A DNA stretch of 64,000 nucleotides from Escherichia phage SF: sequence record MH359124. One strand, given 5' to 3'. The position numbers and the translations under genes were made by a program. The notes under the pieces are model-generated. The model saw only the letters and a program-made list of their open reading frames with translations, was not told the origin of the DNA and did no database searches. Position 1 is the stretch's first letter; every line of letters begins with the position of its first letter. This document shows, piece after piece, positions 57,098 through 64,000 of the stretch.

Positions 57098-59809
57098 ATG
57101 AAAGAATTTTACTTAACGGTTGAACAGATTGGTGATTCAATTTTCGAACGTTATATCGATTCTAACGGACGTGAACGTGTTCGTGAAGTAGAGTATAAGC
57201 CCTCGTTGTTTGCACATTGTCCAGAAAGTCAGGCCACGAAATATTTTGATATCTATGGTAAACCTTGTACTCGTAAACTGTTCGCTAACATGCGTGACGC
57301 GTCTCAATGGATTAAACGCATGGAAGATATCGGACTTGAAGCACTTGGCATGGACGATTTCAAATTGGCGTATTTGTCTGACACTTATAACTATGAAATC
57401 AAATATGACCATACAAAAATTCGTGTGGCTAACTTCGACATCGAAGTAACATCTCCGGACGGGTTCCCTGAGCCGTCACAAGCAAAACATCCGATTGATG
57501 CTATTACCCATTATGACTCAATTGACGACAGGTTCTACGTATTTGATCTATTGAATTCTCCATATGGTAATGTAGAAGAATGGTCTATCGAAATTGCGGC
57601 TAAGCTTCAAGAACAAGGTGGTGATGAAGTTCCGTCTGAAATTATCGATAAAATCATTTATATGCCGTTCGATAACGAAAAAGAATTGTTGATGGAATAT
57701 CTCAACTTCTGGCAACAGAAAACTCCTGTCATTTTGACTGGATGGAACGTTGAGTCATTTGATATTCCATATGTGTATAACCGAATCAAGAATATTTTTG
57801 GCGAATCTACCGCGAAACGTTTATCACCACATCGTAAAACTCGTGTTAAAGTTATCGAAAACATGTATGGTTCTCGTGAAATCATTACATTGTTCGGTAT
57901 CTCTGTTCTTGATTACATTGACCTTTACAAAAAATTCTCTTTTACCAATCAACCGTCATATTCTCTGGATTACATTTCAGAATTTGAATTGAACGTTGGT
58001 AAACTGAAATATGACGGCCCTATTTCTAAGCTTCGTGAAAGCAATCACCAACGATATATTTCTTATAACATTATCGACGTGTATCGTGTATTGCAAATTG
58101 ATGCTAAGCGTCAGTTCATCAACTTGAGTTTGGACATGGGTTATTATGCTAAGATACAGATTCAATCTGTGTTTAGTCCAATTAAAACATGGGATGCTAT
58201 TATTTTTAATAGCCTTAAAGAGCAGAACAAGGTGATTCCACAAGGTCGTTCTCACCCGGTTCAACCTTATCCTGGCGCTTTTGTTAAGGAACCTATTCCA
58301 AATCGATACAAATATGTAATGAGTTTCGACCTTACATCTCTGTATCCAAGTATTATTCGCCAAGTGAATATTAGCCCGGAAACAATAGCAGGAACGTTTA
58401 AAGTAGCTCCACTGCATGATTATATTAATGCAATCGCTGAACGTCCTTCTGATGTGTACAGTTGCTCTCCTAACGGCATGATGTATTATAAAGACCGTGA
58501 TGGTGTAGTTCCAACTGAAATCACTAAGGTCTTTAATCAACGTAAAGAACATAAAGGTTACATGCTTGCAGCTCAACGTAATGGTGAAATAATTAAAGAG
58601 GCATTGCATAATCCTAATCTTTCTGTTGACGAACCATTAGATGTTGATTATCGTTTCGACTTCAGCGATGAGATTAAAGAAAAGATTAAAAAGTTGTCTG
58701 CTAAATCTCTTAATGAAATGTTGTTTAGAGCTCAACGTACTGAAGTTGCAGGTATGACTGCACAGATTAACCGTAAATTGCTCATCAACTCGCTTTATGG
58801 TGCACTTGGAAACGTTTGGTTCCGTTATTACGATTTGCGTAATGCTACTGCAATCACAACATTTGGTCAAATGGCTTTACAGTGGATTGAACGTAAAGTT
58901 AATGAATATCTGAATGAAGTTTGTGGTACAGAAGGCGAAGCTTTCGTTCTATATGGTGATACAGACTCCATTTACGTATCTGCAGATAAAATTATTGATA
59001 AGGTTGGTGAATCTAAATTCCGTGATACCAACCATTGGGTAGACTTCTTAGATAAGTTTGCACGTGAACGTATGGAACCTGCTATTGATAGAGGTTTCCG
59101 TGAAATGTGCGAATACATGAATAATAAGCAACATTTGATGTTCATGGACCGAGAAGCTATCGCTGGGCCTCCACTCGGTTCTAAAGGTATTGGTGGATTC
59201 TGGACTGGTAAGAAACGTTATGCCTTAAACGTGTGGGATATGGAAGGTACTCGTTACGCTGAGCCTAAACTCAAAATCATGGGTCTAGAGACTCAGAAAT
59301 CTTCGACTCCTAAAGCAGTACAGAAAGCTCTTAAAGAATGTATTCGTCGTATGCTTCAAGAAGGTGAAGAATCATTACAAGAATATTTTAAAGAGTTTGA
59401 AAAAGAATTCCGTCGATTGAATTATATTAGCATCGCGTCGGTATCTTCTGCGAATAACATTGCTAAATATGATGTAGGTGGATTCCCTGGTCCCAAATGC
59501 CCGTTCCATATTCGTGGAATTCTGACGTATAACCGGGCTATCAAAGGTAATATCGATGCACCGCAAGTTGTAGAAGGTGAAAAAGTATATGTTCTGCCTT
59601 TACGTGAAGGAAACCCATTCGGTGATAAATGTATCGCATGGCCTTCTGGTACTGAAATCACAGATTTAATTAAAGACGACGTACTTCATTGGATGGACTA
59701 CACTGTTCTCCTTGAGAAGACATTTATTAAACCACTTGAAGGATTCACATCAGCAGCGAAACTCGATTATGAGAAGAAAGCATCTCTGTTCGATATGTTC
59801 GATTTTTGA
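57098..59809 (+). CDS. 43: DNA polymerase gp43 (family B)
   Basis: 903 aa; exonuclease FDIE, polymerase motifs SLYPS and YGDTDS; N-terminus MKEFYLTVEQIGDSIFERYID like T4 gp43. Confidence 0.97.
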   Translation: MKEFYLTVEQIGDSIFERYIDSNGRERVREVEYKPSLFAHCPESQATKYFDIYGKPCTRKLFANMRDASQWIKRMEDIGLEALGMDDFKLAYLSDTYNYEIKYDHTKIRVANFDIEVTSPDGFPEPSQAKHPIDAITHYDSIDDRFYVFDLLNSPYGNVEEWSIEIAAKLQEQGGDEVPSEIIDKIIYMPFDNEKELLMEYLNFWQQKTPVILTGWNVESFDIPYVYNRIKNIFGESTAKRLSPHRKTRVKVIENMYGSREIITLFGISVLDYIDLYKKFSFTNQPSYSLDYISEFELNVGKLKYDGPISKLRESNHQRYISYNIIDVYRVLQIDAKRQFINLSLDMGYYAKIQIQSVFSPIKTWDAIIFNSLKEQNKVIPQGRSHPVQPYPGAFVKEPIPNRYKYVMSFDLTSLYPSIIRQVNISPETIAGTFKVAPLHDYINAIAERPSDVYSCSPNGMMYYKDRDGVVPTEITKVFNQRKEHKGYMLAAQRNGEIIKEALHNPNLSVDEPLDVDYRFDFSDEIKEKIKKLSAKSLNEMLFRAQRTEVAGMTAQINRKLLINSLYGALGNVWFRYYDLRNATAITTFGQMALQWIERKVNEYLNEVCGTEGEAFVLYGDTDSIYVSADKIIDKVGESKFRDTNHWVDFLDKFARERMEPAIDRGFREMCEYMNNKQHLMFMDREAIAGPPLGSKGIGGFWTGKKRYALNVWDMEGTRYAEPKLKIMGLETQKSSTPKAVQKALKECIRRMLQEGEESLQEYFKEFEKEFRRLNYISIASVSSANNIAKYDVGGFPGPKCPFHIRGILTYNRAIKGNIDAPQVVEGEKVYVLPLREGNPFGDKCIAWPSGTEITDLIKDDVLHWMDYTVLLEKTFIKPLEGFTSAAKLDYEKKASLFDMFDF

Positions 59810-59849
59810 TATAATGACATGGACGGTAAACTAATTAAATGAGAGAAAT

Positions 59850-60485
59850 ATGAAAACTACTCCTATTACTATCGCTATTGACGCAATCATAAAACAAGCT
59901 TCTTCTTTGGCCGCTATGGCCAAAGTAATTAGTCAAAACCCTGCTCGTTATAATGCTATTTTAGAAACTCTTCGACGCCCGGGACTTAGTAATTATGAAA
60001 GCCGAGTAATTATTACAGGTGTTGGTAAGAACGCTAATATCGCAACTAAAGCTTCTGAGACTTTTGCTTCACTCGGTATACCGAGTATGTACTTGAACAC
60101 TGGGCATTATTCTCACGGTGATGCAGGATTCATTGCGCCTAATGATGTGTTGATTCATATTAGTCGTTCTGGTAAAACTGAAGAAATGATAGGTGTGGCT
60201 AAGCATCTTAAAATGATTCGTCCGAACGTCAAACAGATTCTGTTGCATTGTAACCCAGACATTCCGCAAGAAAATGAAGCCCTTTTTGATTACTCTTTCT
60301 GTACAGGCATCGCTGTAGAAGTTGACGAGAACTCTTTAGCTCCGACTATGTCCACTACATTGTTGTTAGCGCTTATCGATACGTTTGCTATCAACCTTTC
60401 GTCTGAACGTGGATTTACCTCTAATGACTTCCTTAAGTTCCACCCTGGTGGTGCACTAGGTGCCATGTTACGAGGCGAACAATGA
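59850..60485 (+). CDS. SIS-domain sugar-phosphate isomerase (GmhA/KdsD-like)
   Basis: ITGVGKNANIATKASETFASLGIPSMYLNTGHYSHGD matches SIS phosphosugar-binding fold; 211 aa, no CBS domains. Confidence 0.7.
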   Translation: MKTTPITIAIDAIIKQASSLAAMAKVISQNPARYNAILETLRRPGLSNYESRVIITGVGKNANIATKASETFASLGIPSMYLNTGHYSHGDAGFIAPNDVLIHISRSGKTEEMIGVAKHLKMIRPNVKQILLHCNPDIPQENEALFDYSFCTGIAVEVDENSLAPTMSTTLLLALIDTFAINLSSERGFTSNDFLKFHPGGALGAMLRGEQ

Positions 60486-60625
60486 AAGCAATAACAATAG
60501 GACTTTTACTATTGATGCTTGTCATGACTATCTACTGGAGCTTAACGGCTCCAGTAATGGTCCCGACTCTTATAATCGGATGGATTATGATTGGACTACA
60601 AGCAAAGTATGAATGCTTTAACTAG
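60482..60625 (+). CDS. small hydrophobic membrane peptide (47 aa)
   Basis: ATGA-coupled; MKAITIGLLLLMLVMTIYWSLTAPVMVPTLIIGWIMIGL; below track cutoff. Confidence 0.4.
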   Translation: MKAITIGLLLLMLVMTIYWSLTAPVMVPTLIIGWIMIGLQAKYECFN

Positions 60626-60666
60626 AATAGTGTACAATACTCCTACTTACCAATGAGGACCACAAC

Positions 60667-62352
60667 ATGAAAAAAGCTGTTATTCTTGGTGCTGGACTGG
60701 CAACTCGTTTGTATCCAATAACGCATCATATTCCTAAGGTGCTTGTTAACTATAAACAAGACACTATTCTGAGCAATTTGTATACAATCTATTCTGACCT
60801 TGGCGCAGATGAAATTATTGTAGTAGTTCATTCAAAATTTGCTGAAACCGTTCGAGCTTATTGTGAGCAAGAAGGGTTCAATGTGACTATTCGTACAGTT
60901 GATGAAGCGTATGGTTCTGCTTATGCTCTTGCTAAATTACACAAAGATTTAGACGGCCATAATGTAATTGTTAACTGGTGTGATATTATTCCCGATTTTG
61001 GTTCATGGTCTTGGAATGTTAACGCAATCTATGTTAAGGGTGACGAATGTCGATATAATTTCGACGGTGAAAATATCACTAACGTAGGTTCAACAGGTGG
61101 TAATGTTGTAGGAATTTATCAGTTCAAAGACTGGGAATTCTATATGGGTTCTACTGATGAGGAAATTCATGAATACTGCAAAGGACGCGATTTCGTAGAA
61201 TTCCTTTACGGCAGTGCATTCAATAAATCAGAGCTTATGAATCTAATTGATTTAGGTGATATGCCTAAACTTGAAAAAGCTCATGAAGTTCGTGAACTTA
61301 ATCGTAGTTTTAATGCAGTTGAAATTGGTGAAGAAACTGTAACTAAATTCGCATTAACCGAACAGGGTCGAGCTCTTCAGAAAGATGAGATTTCGTGGTA
61401 TCTTAAAGTGAAATCAGATTCAGTTCCTCAGTTAGTTTCTGTTAATGAAAATAACTTTGAAATGGAACGCATTAAAGGTAAGCCGGCATTTGAATATATT
61501 AAATCCAAATCAAGTCTTGCTCGACCACAAATTGTTGATGCAATCTTAGATGCACTGAAATTCAGCACAGACACTTATTTTGTAAGTCCTGAAACTGTTC
61601 GTCGTGATTTCACTAAAGAATTCTATACTAAAGTTATTGATCGTTGCGAAAGTATTCAACCATTGATTGATTCATTTGGTAAAATCACACATGTGAACTA
61701 CACTAAGATCGGACGTCTGAAGCCAATGTTGAAACAAGCTTTAGAACACCTTATTCGTTATCATAACCGTTCTCAGGGACAGTACTCTGTTATTCATGGC
61801 GACCCGAACTTCAGTAATACTATGATTACTGATAATGGTGAAGTCAAGTTTATCGACCCTCGTGGATATTTTGGCGAAACCAAGATTTACGGACCAAAAT
61901 TGTATGATGAAGCTAAAGTGCTTTACGCCGTTTCAGGTTATGATGAATTCAACGCTAATCCGACCTGGGGGCAGTTTACTATTGATGAAACAACTTGTAA
62001 TGTGACTATTAACATCAATCCATTAGTTTACAAATATGGAAAGATGAGTTCGTTTAACGAGTATCATCATTTGGCAGTGGCAATTATCTGGATTGCATTA
62101 GGTGGTTATTTCAAGAATAATCCACTTAAAGCGGTAGCCGCATATTATAAAGGTATGGAACTTCTGACTAAGCAATTACGTAACATGGGCCGTGTACTTC
62201 AGGACGGCTCTATTAGTTACGACGTAGCAGAACCTGTAACGGCTACTCTGATTACAAAAAATCCTGGTAAATGGGTACTAACTGATAAAGAAACTGGTGT
62301 TTCTTATCGTCCAATCGGTGGCGATATCACTCATCAATGGGAACGAATCTAA
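60667..62352 (+). CDS. bifunctional sugar-1-phosphate nucleotidyltransferase / APH-type sugar kinase
   Basis: N-terminal AVILGAGLATRLYPIT...PKVLV (RmlA/GlmU-type NTase signature); C-terminal VIHGDPNFSNTMIT and IDPRGYFG (aminoglycoside/choline/anomeric kinase motifs); 561 aa. Confidence 0.7.
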   Translation: MKKAVILGAGLATRLYPITHHIPKVLVNYKQDTILSNLYTIYSDLGADEIIVVVHSKFAETVRAYCEQEGFNVTIRTVDEAYGSAYALAKLHKDLDGHNVIVNWCDIIPDFGSWSWNVNAIYVKGDECRYNFDGENITNVGSTGGNVVGIYQFKDWEFYMGSTDEEIHEYCKGRDFVEFLYGSAFNKSELMNLIDLGDMPKLEKAHEVRELNRSFNAVEIGEETVTKFALTEQGRALQKDEISWYLKVKSDSVPQLVSVNENNFEMERIKGKPAFEYIKSKSSLARPQIVDAILDALKFSTDTYFVSPETVRRDFTKEFYTKVIDRCESIQPLIDSFGKITHVNYTKIGRLKPMLKQALEHLIRYHNRSQGQYSVIHGDPNFSNTMITDNGEVKFIDPRGYFGETKIYGPKLYDEAKVLYAVSGYDEFNANPTWGQFTIDETTCNVTININPLVYKYGKMSSFNEYHHLAVAIIWIALGGYFKNNPLKAVAAYYKGMELLTKQLRNMGRVLQDGSISYDVAEPVTATLITKNPGKWVLTDKETGVSYRPIGGDITHQWERI

Positions 62353-62738
62353 TGCACCGTGTAGAAAACATGCTTAATCTTTGTTTTGATGTCGATGATT
62401 GTATAACAGAGTGGAATAACAATCGTGATTACGTGAACTTCAAACCAGACGTCGAAATGGTGTCTGCCATTAATGCCCTGTATGATGCAGGGCATACCAT
62501 AACGCTTTACACTGCTCGCGGTATGAAGTCAGTCGGTCCTGGTCGTATAGCAATTGACATTCTCCCAAGTCTGATTCAGAACTTGTCAAACATTGGATTG
62601 AAGTACCATAATTTGCTAACACATAAACCAGTATATGATTGGATTATCGACGACAAAGCTATGCGTCCTGACGAATTCAAAGCTCTTATGAATAAAGGCG
62701 AATTCGAAACATTTAAATCATATAAACCGAATCTATAA
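62352..62738 (+). CDS. HAD-superfamily phosphatase-like protein
   Basis: Motif I LCFDVDDCIT (atypical), motif IV DWIIDDK; start may be 62337. Confidence 0.55.
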   Translation: MHRVENMLNLCFDVDDCITEWNNNRDYVNFKPDVEMVSAINALYDAGHTITLYTARGMKSVGPGRIAIDILPSLIQNLSNIGLKYHNLLTHKPVYDWIIDDKAMRPDEFKALMNKGEFETFKSYKPNL

Positions 62739-62798
62739 TAATTTAAGTAAGACCTGCAAAAACCATCGCGTCAATTAACGTGAGATGCAAAAAAAAAA

Positions 62799-63959
62799 AT
62801 GAATACTTTTAAAATCGGAACGAATTTTGATTTAGCTCTTCTTGATAAAATCGTAGAGCTCAATAAAACTTATCCTAATAGCTTGATAAACGAAGTATAC
62901 GGCTCTACAAGAGAAATGGCTTTTGTAGCAGCCAGACCTGATTTTAGGCTTCCTGACGTTGACAAAAAGATGTTAGAAGATTACGTTAAACGTTGTAACG
63001 AATTGGGTATTTGCTTTAACTATACACTCAACACGATAAATCCTGGTTCAAAAAGAGAACTAGTTGAGTGGAAGAAGAAAGCTATTCAGGATTATGTTCA
63101 GTATCTTTGGTCAATAGGTGTATGGCGTATTACTATCGCTAACCCTGTTGTTATGGAAATTGTTCGTGAAGTCAATAAAGACATTGAGATTGAAGTTTCA
63201 ACAATTCTACATGTCGATGCTGTAACTCAAATCAAATACTTGCATGACCAATATAATATCAAAAAGGTCTGCTGTGGAATTCATAAGAACCGTTCAGTTT
63301 CTTTCCTGAAGCGTGCAGCAGAGTTTTGTAATAAGAACAATATAATATTTGAAGTTCTCGTAAATGAATTCTGCTCTAATGCTGGTAAAGGGTATACAAC
63401 ACATTGTAGCTATCGTGACTCTTGCTATATTTTCCATAGCACCGATGTTACAGTAGATGATGCCAAATCCTTAAATGGATATCCAATGCAACACTGTATT
63501 AAAGCTCGTGATACAGATCCATTTAACTGGTTGAGAACTCGTTTTGTTCGTCCTCAAGATTTGAAACTTTATAATGATATTGGTATCACTCAATTTAAAG
63601 TTTCGGGACGTACAGGTAGCACAGACTACATTTTGAAAGTTCTTGAAGCTTATGCTTCTGAAAAGTTTGAAGGTAATTTGTTAGAACTGTGGAAGCCTTT
63701 AGAGACCATTTTCACTCTTGAAAATGAGACCGAGTTTTCACATACGGTAAATATTGAAACCTCTTTGTTAGATGGCTTTTTAGAAAAAAGGTGGTTCAAA
63801 CATCCGGATTTCGATTGTGCTAATGAAATCTGCGGGACGACGTGTACATATTGTGAAAGATATTATAAACGTCAGTTATCTAAAAATGGGTTATCAGAAA
63901 ACTCTATATCTATTATTGATATAACTAACTCTGATGACGCTTTGAGGTACCCAGAATGA
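62799..63959 (+). CDS. U32-family (peptidase U32 / RlhA-TrhP-UbiU-like) protein with CxxxCxxC cluster
   Basis: EVLVNEFCSNAGKGYTTHCSYRDSC resembles U32 signature EVFAFGSLC..GRCYLS; FKVSGRTGS resembles U32 KIEGR; C-terminal CANEICGTTCTYC. Confidence 0.55.
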   Translation: MNTFKIGTNFDLALLDKIVELNKTYPNSLINEVYGSTREMAFVAARPDFRLPDVDKKMLEDYVKRCNELGICFNYTLNTINPGSKRELVEWKKKAIQDYVQYLWSIGVWRITIANPVVMEIVREVNKDIEIEVSTILHVDAVTQIKYLHDQYNIKKVCCGIHKNRSVSFLKRAAEFCNKNNIIFEVLVNEFCSNAGKGYTTHCSYRDSCYIFHSTDVTVDDAKSLNGYPMQHCIKARDTDPFNWLRTRFVRPQDLKLYNDIGITQFKVSGRTGSTDYILKVLEAYASEKFEGNLLELWKPLETIFTLENETEFSHTVNIETSLLDGFLEKRWFKHPDFDCANEICGTTCTYCERYYKRQLSKNGLSENSISIIDITNSDDALRYPE

Positions 63960-64000
63960 TTTCTAGAAAAAACTTTTAACCACCAACTTAACGAAGAGAT

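Overview
This window is a T4-like (Tevenvirinae) myophage segment, in reverse orientation to the standard T4 map. Minus strand, 1-9569: the late baseplate block gp9 (partial) <- gp8 <- gp7 <- gp6 <- gp5.4 (PAAR) <- gp5.1 <- gp5 (hub/lysozyme) <- gp53. Plus strand, 9631-64000: gp4, gp2, gp3, gp1, 57A, 57B, then an accessory early region with two tRNAs and a tRNA-like small-RNA region, then nudE, e (lysozyme), denV, regB, tk, nrdC, 49, nrdD, nrdG, 55, 47, 46, 45, 44, 62, regA and 43 (DNA polymerase). Gene calls for conserved proteins rest on recalled T4 protein sequences and T4 synteny; no database search was run. The accessory regions hold more than 20 early promoters with GTTTAC -35 boxes, many with the -10 inside an inverted repeat (PeSL-like cassettes), six genes with the T4 internal-protein capsid-targeting N-terminus MKTYQEFI, a TARG1/DarG-like macrodomain gene, and a grcA gene with a host-like 3' half. 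The most interesting candidate is a sugar-nucleotide module plus a U32-family protein directly downstream of gene 43, where T4 carries its DNA-modification genes, while the alpha-gt position between 55 and 47 holds only small ORFs. CDS ends follow the supplied ORF track, and starts were moved to the first ATG with a plausible RBS. Promoter, hairpin and repeat coordinates were counted by hand and may be off by 1-3 nt. Most minus-strand ORFs inside the plus-strand gene block are treated as spurious.
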